Assembly (NCBI GenBank): GCA_964016885.1
Contig: OZ024746.1
Span: 6,014,001-6,078,000, forward strand
Origin: Eledone cirrhosa
Lineage: Eukaryota
Reading direction: 5' to 3'
DNA length: 64,000 bases
Under the pieces are notes generated by a model, which ran no database searches, was not told the origin of the DNA, and saw nothing but the letters and a program-made list of their open reading frames with translations. Shown piece after piece: positions 13,630 to 31,058 of this stretch. Position 1 is the stretch's first letter. Each line of letters opens with the position of its first letter. Position numbers and translations under genes: made by a program.

Positions 13630-14081
13630 CAACGGATTTCAGCAAAAAGAATCGCGGCTTTCACCCTTAACGGGATCTTCTGAAACTAAAAAAGTCAATC
13701 TGTGAACGCAGAAGTAAATATTTTAAAAAACGTTGCAACCGGAGGAAGACAGGAAGACGATACTTTGGTTCGTGGAAACGTTCCCTGGCAAAGAACGGAA
13801 AAAATGAAGATAATACGGCATTATTTGGAGTTACGTGGTTTTGTCTTTGCGTGTAATTGTTTTCAACGGTCCAAATAATGACGTATTATCTTCGTTTTTT
13901 TTCGTTATTTGCCAGGGAACGTTTCCACGAACCAAAGTATCGTCTTTCTGTCTTCCTTCGGTTGCAATATTTTTTGAAATATTTACTTCTGCGTTCACAG
14001 ATTGACTTTTTTAGTTTCAGAACATCCCGTTAAGGGTGAAAGCAGCGATTCTTTGCTTAAACTTTAATCTGTTATTTTAAT
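13623..14081. mobile_element. Fold-back insert in (TA)n with ~207-bp arms, 40-bp spacer and a variant HHR on each arm
   Basis: Arms 13623-13829 and 13870-14081. Right arm reads AGTTT-CAGAACA-TCCCGTTAAGGGT-GAAA-GCAG..TTGC-TT|AAACT. Confidence 0.7.
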
Positions 14082-14102
14082 AAATATATATATATATATA
14101 TA

Positions 14103-14545
14103 TAATAGTAGAACACTGGAGGGTTATATCAATAATAGTAGAGCACTGAGTCAGTGGAACGAGTTTGGTAGAAGAAGTTCTACGACAGTAAGATCACCAT
14201 ACTGAGAGGATTACATAATAGCGATTGCCTAAATTCAAGAAATGATCTTTTCTCACGTTGTCCACACGTCTGGAAACACCTATTACATAATTACAATGTT
14301 CCAGATTGGGTAACATCAACATTCTATAATATTCTGAATAACATGAATAATTTATTCCGAGCATCCACAGTTACCACCCTGACATCGATCTATTGTCGGT
14401 TTACCTCCAATGACTGTTTTTGCACATGCGTATTCGTACTGTTGTTTTTCCTCTTCCGTACAACCTCATTTAGACCGAGCTAAGGAACTGAATAGGGTGA
14501 AACATTTGTTCTCGGTATGGTGAACTAACTGTTGTCGACCTACTT
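14103..14545 (+). mobile_element. PLE 3' end (family B) with an inverted tail copy, in (TA)n
   Basis: 14223-14285 translates DCLNSRNDLFSRCPHVWKHLL (PLE GIY-YIG C-terminal motif). HHR at 14474-14516. Inverted tail at 14103-14206. Confidence 0.75.
14474..14516 (+). ncRNA. Minimal hammerhead ribozyme, degenerate
   Basis: Stem I ACCGAG/CTCGGT, core CTAAGGA (G5 mutated), GAAAC-ATTT-GTT. The sister copy at 19085-19120 has TGAGGA-TCCGCTAAGGT-GAAACAATTGTT. Confidence 0.65.
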
Positions 14546-14640
14546 ATATATGTATATATATACATATACATATACATATGCATATACATATACATATAAA
14601 TATGTATATGCATATGTATATGTATATGCATATGTATATG

Positions 14641-14704
<64 letters not shown>

Positions 14705-14705
14705 C

Positions 14706-14808
<103 letters not shown>

Positions 14809-14827
14809 CATATACATATGCATATAC

Positions 14828-18688
<3,861 letters not shown>

Positions 18689-18761
18689 TTTCAAAACATA
18701 CTTACTTGTCATTTATACTCGCTAAGAATGTAGCTTCTAATTTGAATGGAAGAAGATGGGT

Positions 18762-18832
18762 GATGTGTTGGTGTAATGGTAGCACAGTGGTCTGGATAAC
18801 CAAAGATGTGGGTTCGGCTCCCATGTACGTCA
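18762..18832 (+). pseudogene. tRNA-like sequence (A and B boxes; D-arm similar to tRNA-Gln; GGA at the anticodon position)
   Basis: Cloverleaf: acceptor GATGTGT/GTACGTC, D-arm GTGT/GCAC, anticodon stem TGGT/ACCA, T-arm GTGGG-TTCGGCT-CCCAT. Confidence 0.6.
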
Positions 18833-18994
18833 ATATTCATCTTTTTCCATTTATCTGAGGGTTCTAAACCCCATTATCAGACTAATATTTCTTTAGTCAA
18901 AAATACGGTGAAAGCTATTCTATTTTCTAATTTCAAACCTGCTCACTGTTTCAAAACATACTTACTTATATATATATACATATATATATATATA

Positions 18995-19152
18995 TAGTGG
19001 TGGAACACTGGAAGGTAATATCCGTAGTGGTAGAGCACTCAGTCCATGGGACGAGTTAGGTAGAAGTGGTTACACAACAGTTAGTTGAGGATCCGCTAAG
19101 GTGAAACAATTGTTCTCGGTATGGTGAACTAACTGTTGTGAAATCACTTCTA
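18995..19152 (+). mobile_element. Fold-back HHR insert (family B, second copy)
   Basis: Same two outer ends as 14103-14545. The inner junction lies at the HHR core (19085-19087). Confidence 0.75.
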
Positions 19153-19251
19153 TATATATATATAAATTAAAAAACAAAAAAGATAACAAAGAGTGCAGTA
19201 CGAACAGTGTGGTATTAGGTTCACGCTTGAGAGTGGGATATATATATATAT

Positions 19252-19285
19252 CCTATTACATATGTTTCGGTAATTTGATTACTTC
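19252..19285 (-). ncRNA. Partial minimal hammerhead abutting (TA)n
   Basis: Minus strand GA-A-GTAAT-CAA-ATTAC-C-GAAAC-ATAT-GTA|ATAGG. The 5' core is missing. Confidence 0.45.
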
Positions 19286-19899
19286 TATCTTACTTCGAAA
19301 ATATTTTGATAATTTGGTTTGAGCTAACCCCTTTATTATGTTAAATATAATTGTTACTGCTTTTGCCTTATGCATCAGTGATTTTACAAAAATCTCTTAC
19401 TTTTGACATTCCTTAATCTTGCGTCTGTTTTCATTATTTGGCATTTCTATAGAAACTATGTCTGTTTTCCATTAACGAAATGTCGTTTTTGAATTAATTA
19501 AAAAGTGAAGGGGGTCTTCAATTTAATTTATTTCTCAATATGTCATCTTCTCACGGTGATTGTATAGGTTTTCAACTTGAATCAGCTTTCGTATATAACA
19601 AACACGAGGACTGTATACTACTGAAAATATCAGCAAGCTAATTCCATAGATTTTATACATATATTCAATTAAGCTGATGGTAACTTTTACTATTAATGTT
19701 TCCAATGTAGACTTTAGAAAATGTTTATTTTCCTGGCTTGCATTTTCAATTATATTGTTTGTTATTTTTTTATTTTGTTTAATTATCAGTTTTTTTCTAT
19801 GTTTTTATTTTTCATTTTAAGATTTTCAGAATACAATTTTCTATATTCGCAACTGTTGCAGTAATGAGCCAGCTTCAGCATTCAGTAATCAGAAGGGAG

Positions 19900-20440
19900 A
19901 TAGGTGTAAAATCCAAATACACTATCTTAAATTCGGTATCGTGCCAACTCTTACCTATGGTCATGAATCTTGGCTAATGACCGAAAGAATGCGATCGCAA
20001 ATACAAAGGGCCAAAATGGGGTTCCTCCGAATGGTTTTGGAGTAACGTTACTCGATAAAGTGCGTAGTTGGGAGATCAGAGATTCACTCCAGGTAGAGCT
20101 GCTACTTCTCTGAATTGAGAGATCACAGCTCTGATATTATTGGCATGTGGTTACAATGTCTCAGGAAAGAATCTCTGAACAGATTTTACGGGCAAAATCA
20201 ACCGCCAGGAGATCTAGCTGTAAACCCTAAGCGATGGTCTCACTTGGGCTCCCAGTCGGATCAGTTGGAGATGGTTACTTCTGACAGGACCTCTGGTAGG
20301 AGTGGTTGAGGACTATACCTCTACGACCCTCTCAGGAATAAGTGGGCGAAGAAGAAGAAGAAGAAGAAGAAGAAGAAGAAGAAGAAGAAGAAGAAGAAGA
20401 AGAAGAAGAAGAAGAAGAAGAAGAAGAAGAAGAAGAAGAA
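19900..20440 (+). mobile_element. RTE-clade LINE 3' fragment with (GAA)n tail
   Basis: Translates VPTLTYGHESWLMTERMRSQIQ..MGFLR..GVTLLDKVRS..IERSQL. Confidence 0.85.
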
Positions 20441-21107
20441 ATGTTTATATGAGGAAATCTATTGTATGTAATGTTGTTTATTTATGACGGCAAACGTTTC
20501 TCGCGCCATTCAATAGATCTGTGATTCGTGATAATAACGTTTCTAAAGTAATATATATATATTCCCCCTCCCCCTTCTTCCGTGGCCGAATAGTCCTGCC
20601 TCTTTCCCTCCTTTGTTTCACATTTATGATATTTATAGTCCTTTACTTTCCTATACAGTCACATCTGCCCCTCTTTACCCCTCCCCCTTCTGTTCGTTAC
20701 TTACTTTTGTTTTAATCTTTCTTTTTCATATTCCCATCAATATTTGCAATGCTATTTATACAACTATGAATAAAATATTAAGAAAATGTTTTATATGTGC
20801 CACAATTACTATCAAGTATGTGAATTTTAGTAAGTTCACAAATTAATAAACTAAATTCATTTCAAAAGATTTTGCTTAAACTGGCATTATTTATGCATAA
20901 AGTTAAATTCTACAAATAGTTTTAATTAGATTTAAATTATGATAAGAGAGAACGTGGTGAGGAAATCAATAGTCTTTAAAATATCTAATTTGATGATATA
21001 TGGAGGTTAGTTACAGGAACGAAATTTAATGAAGTATCAATTAAAAAAAAAAAAAGAAATGTTTAGGCTGATGTACAGTTTCATATAACATAAAGTAGAT
21101 AAATTAA

Positions 21108-21295
21108 TTAATTGTTTCTACTTTAGGCACAAGGCCAGCAATTAACCAGTGCATTACTGGTAGTTTATTTTATCGACCCTGTAAGGATGAAAAGCAAATT
21201 CAACCTTGGCGGGATTTGAACTCAGATCGTAAAGGGACGTAACTATGCTGGAAAGAATGGCGTCCGACCCTCTACTGATACTGCCAATCCACCGT
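21108..21295 (-). mobile_element. SINE family 1
   Basis: Reverse complement of the 13068-13260 consensus. Confidence 0.85.
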
Positions 21296-21340
21296 GTTAG
21301 TTATACATGCTAGTTATTCATAAATTAGTAATATTTATGA

Positions 21341-21655
21341 AGGCACTTGGGTTTGTGGTTAGTTTATGCGGCTCACAAGCGTAAGGTCGTAAGTTCGATT
21401 TCCGGCGGCGTGTTGTCTCCAAGACACTTTATTTCACGTTGTTCCAGTCCATTCAGCTGCCAAAAATGAGTATCTGTAAATTCGAAAAGCCAGTCTTGTA
21501 TATGCTGTGTCTCACGGAATCTCCCTGATAACTACGTTAAATGTACGCGTGTCTATGGAATGCTCAGCCACTTTCACGTTAATTTCACGAGCAGTCTGTT
21601 CCATTGATCGGATCAAGTGGAACACTCGTCGTCGTAACCGACGGAGGGCCAGTTA
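21341..21655 (+). mobile_element. tRNA-headed SINE (family 2)
   Basis: A/B-box-like head (GTGGTTAG..GTTCGATTCC), then CAAGACACTTTATTTCACGTTG core. Confidence 0.7.
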
Positions 21656-22756
21656 CCAATATTTATAATGCTCTTAGAGATATTTTGTGTGATACTATCA
21701 GTGGAATAATAGTTATAGTTAGCTGCAGACATATTGTGTGATGGCTGAAGTGTTATAGTTCAGAAAGGATTGAATTTGAAAATAAAATATACGTCTAATA
21801 TTGCTGCTGTTAAAATTACCAAATGATATCCCCGTGGTATATGTTTGGAAGCCATGGCAAGAGATTGTTAAAATGTCCAAATTATAAACAAATGTGGAGC
21901 CAATGGCGATATGATTTAATACTAGAACTATATTTAATCAACCACTGAATGATGAAAGGTAACGTTAACTCCCGGTAGTATTTGAATTAATTCAGAAAGT
22001 AACGAACCGAAAGACACATTCCTTAGCCCGGCGATCCAACGACTATATTATGTTTCTTGTTTTCTGATAGTGAATAATAACATTTGAACTGAGAATGTAA
22101 AAATGCCAGAAGAAGACAATGAAGTTCTAACTGATACTCTATCAATTCTCTCAACAATCCTCCTCTATTCCACAATAGACGATATTGATATTATGTATAT
22201 TTATGAAACAATAGGCACGAGCCTTTAATAATTACAAAGCTTGCTTCATTAGACATGTTAGCTGTCAGAATATAAGAATATACATAAATATGTTAGAAAG
22301 GTGTTTGTTAGGTGAAGATCATGAATGATATTTAGAAGGTCAAGACGTGTGTCTATAAGGATTGTGCTTTAATTGGCTTATCAACATTTGTTTTCTAACG
22401 AAAGGTGACTGGCTTGGCAAAAACAGGAAACGAAATTTCCAACTTACATCTACCTACGAGGTACCATCTCATTAGATGTTTCTTAAATATTGACAGGGGC
22501 CACAGTCTTGGCAGAAAAAGCAACGTGAATGTGTCTTGTTCAAGAACAAAACAGGAAACGGAATTAACAGTTTTCACATGCAAGGTTAACCACCAAGCTA
22601 CGTGCCTTCACGGGGGTGGTAATTCTTAAAACAAGCATTTGATACAGAAAACGATTTTATACAACATTGTATAAGATCTGAATTATCCCCTAAATAGTTC
22701 TCCTCTTTTTTTTTCCTTTTCTCACCTTCTTAAGTTTATATGTTACTAACATAAAT

Positions 22757-23110
22757 TATGACCATCTTCCAGTTCCGCAGTGGCAAACCCCTCGTCTTGG
22801 ATGCCACTTGCACCGACACTTTCTGCAGCTGCAACCTGGTGCAGTCTGCGACTAACCAAGGTTCTGCTGCACGTCGGGCTGAGGAGGCCAAACTCTTCAA
22901 ATACCGGTCGTTCTCCGACAGGTTTGCGGTTGTATCCTTGGCAGTGGAGACTTCTGGTGTCCTCGGCCCTAGGAATACCTCCCTGTCGCTGGGCTGGCCA
23001 ACCGCAGGTGTGAGCCTTGCGAGCTGGAATGGCTTTTCCACCGTGTCTCCCTTGCCGTCCTCCCGGGAAACGCCTTCTCTATTCTGTCCGCCGGGGTTGT
23101 GGGGAGACAA
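22757..23110 (+). mobile_element. CRE-like non-LTR retrotransposon 3' fragment (restriction-like endonuclease)
   Basis: GKPLVLDATCTDTF..AARRAEEAKLFKY..LAVETSGVLG, then RVSLAVLPGNAFSIL. Second fragment at 34745-34845 (-). Confidence 0.75.
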
Positions 23111-23720
23111 GCCGTTGAATATTACGAATTCTGTTGAATAGTCTTAAATACTTCAATACTCTGGATATATTTGTATTTTCTAATTTTAATAATTTCCAAT
23201 TTTGTTAATTTTGGATACTTTCTCAAAGTACTTCATACAAAGAAGGATTTTATCCAAAATCTTATAAGAAGATCTGAATTATCCACTGGATACGTTTTCT
23301 TTTTTTTCTCACCTTATTATTTTGTACTTCTTTAATGATTAAAGCTTGGTTCTTCCAATTACACGGCAACAAAATAATAGATTTACAAACTAAAATCACT
23401 ATGACCGTAATACATCTTCTCATCTACTAGTGTATGTCCTGCATGATTTCGTTTTGTTCCAGAGATCTTATTTTGATTCCTCAAATAATGGATCATATTT
23501 CATACACGAACTTGTAAGACAAACCTGGAAAATTGGGAGAATCTTTGAAACATCGGATATAATGTTTTGTGGTAAATGTTCCGGTTCTCTACGATTTGCA
23601 TTCAAATCCCACCGAGGTCAACTTTGTCCTTCGCCATTTAGATAAAAAGTATCAGTCTAATACTGGCTCGAATTTTCCTCTATATCTTTTCCTCACTTCC
23701 ACTCAATAACTCCCCACCCT

Positions 23721-23791
<71 letters not shown>

Positions 23792-23859
23792 CTCCCTCTC
23801 CACCACTGGACGGAATCAGCTGTTTTCAGACAATAAAAGGGATGGCCTCCGCCAGTTTT

Positions 23860-24050
23860 AAATAATTGTTTCTACTTTAGGCACAAGGCCAGCAATTACC
23901 CAGTGCATTACTGGTACTTTATTTTTATCGACCCCGTAAGGATGAAAGGCAAAGTCAACATCGGCGGGATTTGAACTCAGATCGTAAAGGGACGTAACTA
24001 TGATGGAAAGCATGGCGTCCGACCCTCTACTGATACTGCCAATCCACCGC
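23860..24050 (-). mobile_element. SINE family 1
   Basis: Matches the family consensus. Confidence 0.85.
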
Positions 24051-24403
24051 ACCCAAGAAATTAGCTTTCTCTATAGGTTCCCTACGACTCCACCAGTAGT
24101 TAGGAGCACATATACGTACATAAGTATGACTGTGTATGTATAAGTATATTTAGTACACATAGACCCACACGTGTACACACAAACATAGACACTGACGTAC
24201 GCACATCTACATATAGGTAAGAGTGTGCATGTGTATTGATTTCAAACATGTATATATTAGCGTATAGATTTAGGTGCATCTCACTAAATATATATAAAGT
24301 TTATACGCGTATTAATTGAAATAAATATATGTTATATGTTAAACTTGCATGAGAGTGTGTCTGTGTGCACATGTGTGAGAAAGAAAGAAAGCGTGTGTGT
24401 GAT

Positions 24404-24572
<169 letters not shown>

Positions 24573-25929
24573 GTTTGTATACATGTATCGAATACATTAA
24601 ATCCATATACATTTATCTTACTGTTGATAATAACGGTTATTTAGTGTATGGAAAGAAATTAAAAAATAACAGAAATATTTTTTTTTCCACTCAGAAGTAC
24701 AAATAATTTTATGTTATAGATATTTCCATCTACGTTTCATCTTTGATTAGAAAGCAAAGAATTGCCTAAAGGAAATCACAAGCTGCTATGCAATCTATAG
24801 CAAGGATATATGGAAAACTGGTAATGTTAGATAGAAGAAAACAAAACTTAAAATCTCTTGTATTGTATATAAACCTGCTTAGTAACAGAAGGTGAACAAA
24901 TATACGTACCGTTTTTTGTTGTTGTTGTTTAGTTCTTACACATTTACTTTCATTTTTCTGTTCAATATATTGCACATCTAGATGTTGTAGATATGGTTGT
25001 AAATATATTGCTTTTATGCTGTTCTGCATTTTTGTATTAATGCGTCTACCATATTTCCTGACTCTAACGCTGTTACATGTGATAAAACGCACCTTATAAT
25101 TAGCAAGATATATTTTGAAAAAAAGAAATCTTTTGGTGATTCATAAACACATTATCAATTATGTGTTTCTGTAACCATAAATATAATTTAGAACAAAATA
25201 GTTACGCATTAGCAAGCTTTATTAAACATCTGCTGGACATGATCATTTCGAAATATCCACTGGGACTTTTTACATCCCTATTACCTATACATGCATTTCA
25301 GATGTATTGCCGAGTTCCGACCTCTTATGCACTTCACAGAACTCTATACTTTGGTAATCAGCTTCGTAATATACTGACGCTGTGTGTTTGAGAGAGACAG
25401 TGTCAATAAAAAAGAGGGTTTCCTCACATCTGCTCTAATCTTTAATGAGTAATATATTTCTCGAGAGTGACATATATAATCCAAAACTTCATTTTTGGTT
25501 AACTGACTATCAAAAATGATGTTAGGTAACACATCAATCGTTGCTGTTGTCTACGACAAACGTCACCACTGAAAGCTCTTTCTAGGCCATTGCTTTCTTT
25601 ATAGACCATTCCATCCTCACAAATATCCATTGTAATACTGACTGTAAATATAATGCTTTAGCTATTATATTTACTGTCACGGCTGTTCATAGTTACTATA
25701 CCTCGTTTCAAATCTGTGCTATAGTAACCATTTCATCTGTCCCACTGGAGTTACTAAATTTCTAGCAATCACCGAGTTAATTCACTCTTGTTTATGTAAA
25801 GTCAACACATATAGGTTCCACAGAGCTAGGTATTATATCTGGTGATTCTTTATGGCGATTTTAAACATATAAGATTACCAAAGCAGAATATCAAAGATTA
25901 AACTTATAGGGTAGTCTATATATTATATA

Positions 25930-26680
25930 CTAACCGAATTACCCGCGCCTTGCTGCATTTCACTTTTTGTTTTTTTGTAAGAAAATGATGATTGATTTTA
26001 AATCGGTGATATAATTTATGGATAAAAACTCTGCATTTTAATATTACTCAATGTAAAATGTAATGCTTGAAAAATTGGAAAACATTATTTTTTTGTAATA
26101 TATCAAATCAAAATTACATTATTAAATCTTATTCTTATTTTGTTTCTTGTAAATAATTTTTCAAAATATCAATTCAAAACTTCATCATTTCATTTTTGTG
26201 TAAAGCATTATTTTCAAATTAGAAATTCAAAGTTTAATTATTTATTTTTTAACATAATAAATACATGAAAATATATTTCATACTTTGTCCTAATAAAGAA
26301 CTTCAGGGTAAACAAGGTTCTTTTTTTATTGATTTACGTTTAATTAATAGAAAAAGCCCGTGATATACTCAAGTTATGGGCTTCCAAAATGTTCACTATA
26401 GGGGGTTTAACCCCCATTAGGGTGTCTTAATATTATTGAAATTTGCTAATATGTTGTGAATAGGCATCATATCTTGTCATTTACCTATGGTTTAAATTTC
26501 ATATAAATCGAAGAAAAATAATTTCCAGCGGGGATTAAAATGAAATATACTTATCCAAGTACCCTGGGCAATGTAACTTCAGAATATATGTGGTTATGGG
26601 GTCTATCTCCAAAAGCATAGGAGGAGTTCGTGAACAAACAAACAAACAAACACACAGGAATACAACTTGATATATATAGA
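25930..26680 (-). mobile_element. Non-autonomous Helitron-like element
   Basis: Minus strand starts TCTATATATATC and ends with a GC-rich subterminal motif and TTAG|T. Confidence 0.6.
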
Positions 26681-29600
26681 TATAGGATCAGATGCTGACA
26701 TTCTTCAAAATCTAAACAAGGATTATTTTAGTATTATTATATTTGTGAAAGGTCATGTTGGTCTAATATTACCAAAAATAGTAAAACACAATCACTGTTT
26801 TGTTTGATTTTCGCTTCAGTATCTTTTTATATTTATATATATAGTTTAACTGGCAATCAATGTTTATCATTGATTTATCAACAGTTAAAAATATAAATAT
26901 AAATATAAATATAAATATAATTTCTCAAAGCTCTTTCGTCACACATTTTAGTATTCTGCTCTTACACCTGATGTGGTATAGCTCTCATAAAATATGCTTA
27001 TCTTACTGATTGACAAAGTCTCACCAATATGGCTCAAAGATTTACCGTTTCTAGCAGTACAATGGCTGAAGTTCTTTAAAAGACGAAAGCTGTCCGGTAT
27101 ACCTTATGTACCCCTCTCTCCACTTCTCATTATAAAGGATCTCACATCAATAAGTTTTGCAATCAATTCTCTCTAGAATTATAATCTGTTACAATTATAT
27201 CCCTAATATTTTGGCATCCACACAGAGAAACTAAAACCCAGATCCAATCGTCTCCATTTTCTCAGTTTCAGAAGTTCTAGCGTTTTGACTAAACAAAAAC
27301 AATCTTTCTCATAATTTTATTATACAATTGATAAAATGGGAGTATGTTTAAATCCTTAGAAAATATTGTACATTTGAATATGAGGATTCTAAATATGAAA
27401 TACAATGGGTTAATTATAATACTGATTGATTTTATACTATTCGATTTGATTTGTGCCATCGAATTATTGATTTAAACTTAATCGAAAATTGTCGCCATAA
27501 TCGGATTGCCAAGTGCTAGAAATATATTTCATCCCAAGCTATATAATTTACTTGTTTCATTTATACACTTGACATAACATGACCTTCCTCGTAGAATATA
27601 TTATTTATATTAGAGATGCATTAGACGGAATCTCTTCTTCTTCTTCTTCTTCTTCTTCTTCTTCTTCTTCTTCTTCTTCTTCTTCTTCTTCCCATCCTCT
27701 AACCACAGTAGATTCAGTAGAGGTGGTAGGGCCCGGACTACTTTAGGTATTTAATTCATCCCTTTACATTCTGAGTTCTAATTCCGTCGCCCTCGATTTT
27801 GCTTTTCATCCTTCTTCGATTGATAAATTAAATGCCAATCAGTTATTGGAGTTAATCTAATTAGCGATGTGTATATATTGGACAGGGGCAAATATATATT
27901 CTTCAAGAACACACAGAGTGTATAATACTTCTATTTGATTTCAATACACAAACTAGCGGATATGCTATTGTCTTTAAAATTATGTCACTCTGTTATTTTA
28001 TTAAGCCATCAAATCAGGAAACTACATCTATTCCGAGTGGACTCTCACTCTAAAACATTCAATTATTAATCTATACTATATTAACAATAACATGTGTTAA
28101 GTTATCTAAACTACTCCTATATCCCCTATTACCATTTAAATCGATTTGATAATTTTATAAACCGATAGCCTCTGAGCAATTTCAATTTTGTTGTGCAAGA
28201 GAGAGAAATATTTCTCTAACCATTATTTCAAATATAGATATAAAACCAGAAATACTCAGGCAGTTCATCATTTCGAAATTGCTAAAAGCTTTATTTGCTA
28301 ACGTTGGTAGAGTAATTTTACTGCGTAGATAACATTGTATTGTCGACTTCATTTTGTCTGTTAGATACGGATTAAGTAAAGGGAAATTGAATTCCATTTC
28401 TATAGACAACAAAATTTCACAAGCAAATGTCTTCCTTCCTTAGGTGTTTTCTCCAATTAACTTCAAATAGTTTGCTTCCAGGTTCTACAAGTAAGACACG
28501 GATAGATTTAATATGTTCAATTATATATAATTTCTGTTATATTTCAGGAATATATTTATGACACGATATTTATGACATTGATATTTAAAAAAAGAAACCG
28601 AATAACTACAATGTCAGTTTCATGATACTGTAAAATGTAACCCCAATATTTATGATTTTAAAGTACTTTTCAAAGATAGAATATTAGACTCGAGTTTTCT
28701 AATCAAATTTCAGTTGGAATATTTTCAAATATTTTTGAAGCCTTTCACAATTCTTCTGGAATCCCCACAAACTATGATTTAGACATTGGTAATTACGATT
28801 CAGCCAAGAATAAGTTTTAGGGCTCAGATTTTAAAGGTTATGTTTGTAAGTTAGGTATATAGGTTAAGGTTAAAGATAAAGGTTAGGGTTTGGGTTTGAG
28901 TGTTCAATGAACTGGAACAACGCATCACCAGGTCCGAGAATCGAACTCACAACCTCCCAATTGCACATCCAACACGCTAACAACTAAACCATGCATATTA
29001 ATAACCGCATTAAATTACTTGTAATATAATAAGGCCGCATTCAAGAAACCATAATTATGTATTCTTAAAATCTAAATCTATATTATTTTAATTCTGTCTG
29101 TCAGTGTGGATTATTTCGTTGAATTTTCTTTTACTCTTTGGTATTTAAAATGTTCATCTTATGGGTTAAATTAAAATAATAAGAGATAGAAAAAAACATG
29201 ACTAGAAATTTAAAATGTGTTGGAAAATGTTCATTCTTTCAAAAGGCCGCACAGAATGGTTTAGAAGCATGCAGGTTCTCTCTCCATCCCTGTTATCGAT
29301 GTTGTATTATTTCTTTAATGGATTGCTTAGCTAAACTTCAGTTAATGCCATGCGTGCTTGCCTTTTGACCTTATAGGTAGAGGATTTGAATAATCTCTTT
29401 GGATGGTATCGAAACGAGGAGTTTGAAAGCAATTTCTCGATTATAATATGAATTGCTTCAATTATCCAAAATTCATTTTGCTGTATTGCATTTGAAAATG
29501 GTGGTCGAGCTGCTGTCCACGGCGTTATATTGGTTCGTATATAAAAGAATTTTGTAAATAGGAAATTGAAATACAACGGAGACTGACTAAATCAAGTTGA

Positions 29601-30297
29601 TCTTTTAGTTTTAGTCTGTGAATTGATTGATTGCCTTAGGCTTTCGTTCGCTAGAATAGAACAGTTTATATGGCACATCATACTGCACTACTTAAAAGAT
29701 ATATGGAAATTACGTCTAAAACCTATCCAATCCAATTTCCTACAGTGTAACGCATTTGTATATTATATATTTTTCTGGCCAAGAACATGTTAGGAGCTGA
29801 CTTGTTATAACACTTTCTCTCTGATAAAGGTTGATATTTCATGACTTTATTTGACCTACATTTCAATGGATCGTCGTTTGTATAGTCAAATCTGATTGTA
29901 TTCTGGCGCTCTAGTTTTTGTAGGATACATTTTTTTTTATCAAATATATTTTCGTATGATAAAAGCTAACAAACAATCTAAATAATATATATCGCCACTA
30001 GTCTGTTGTCAAAGGATACAAAGTACTTCAAGAACTTATGAAATAACATCGTTTTTCATGGCTAATAATTTACGTTGAACATTATTTCTTTTCATCTTCT
30101 TTGCTCTGTTACATGATGCAGTATTTATACCGTCAATTTTTCTCCTTTTCTCCCTAATGGCTACAGCTTATGATATAATGACTTTAAACTGGTAGGACTT
30201 CAAAACTATTTGCTATTCATATACTTCTATGCTCCATTATGCAGTTTGGTTTTGATGTTTTTATGTAGTTTGCACATCACATACACACATATGTATG

Positions 30298-30448
<151 letters not shown>

Positions 30449-30518
30449 TTATATATATATAAAATCATTCCTACAAACACAAATACATTCACAAACACAT
30501 CAACTGGATTTATTCGAG

Positions 30519-30830
30519 TACTCTCGGGTCCCAAATAATAGGTGGGGTTGGAATAAGCGTATGGGTGGGATGGAAAATCGCTAATTTTTTAAATGTATGG
30601 GATTATTTTAATAATGTACTTTTTTGTAATGTATAATGTTTTTTAATGTCTAAAGAATATTAAGTGCCGCAGGAATGCTACCAGAAAAAATAAAATTTCC
30701 CCGGAGATAGATTAGCAAAATTTGATAAATGGCTGGTGTGATGCGGTGGATAGTTGTGCAATAAGAGAGGTTAGAAAAATCTAAAAACTTAATAGGTTGG
30801 GGAGAGGGTGATTATTCGAGACCCGAGAGA
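30519..30830 (+). mobile_element. MITE with TIRs (Tc1/pogo-like, TA ends); related copies at 9674-9965, ~44745-44951 (-) and ~61740-62010 (-)
   Basis: TACTCTCGGGTCCCAAATAAT ... ATTATTCGAGACCCGAGAG. Confidence 0.75.
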
Positions 30831-30867
30831 AAGAGAAGAGAAAGCCGAGGAAGACATTGGATTAGAA

Positions 30868-31058
30868 ATAATTGTTTCTACTTTTGACACAAGCCAGCAA
30901 TTACCCAGTGCATTACTGGTACTTTATTTTATCGACCCCGTAAGGATGAAAGGCAAAGTTAACCTTGGAAGGATTTAAACTTAGTCCGTAAGAGGACGTA
31001 ACTCTATGCTAGAAAGCATGGCGTCCGCCCTTCTACTGGTACTGCCAATCCACTGCCC
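30868..31058 (-). mobile_element. SINE family 1
   Basis: Consensus match, with flanking TTGGG(A)TTAGAAATAAT duplication. Confidence 0.85.

Noticed and set aside
18762-18832. Functional tRNA-Ser(GGA)
   Set aside because: Short variable arm, many G-U pairs, and an anticodon atypical for eukaryotes. Treated as tRNA-derived.
28850-28900. GGTTAGGGTT telomere-like motifs
   Set aside because: Only a few degenerate units, not a telomeric array.
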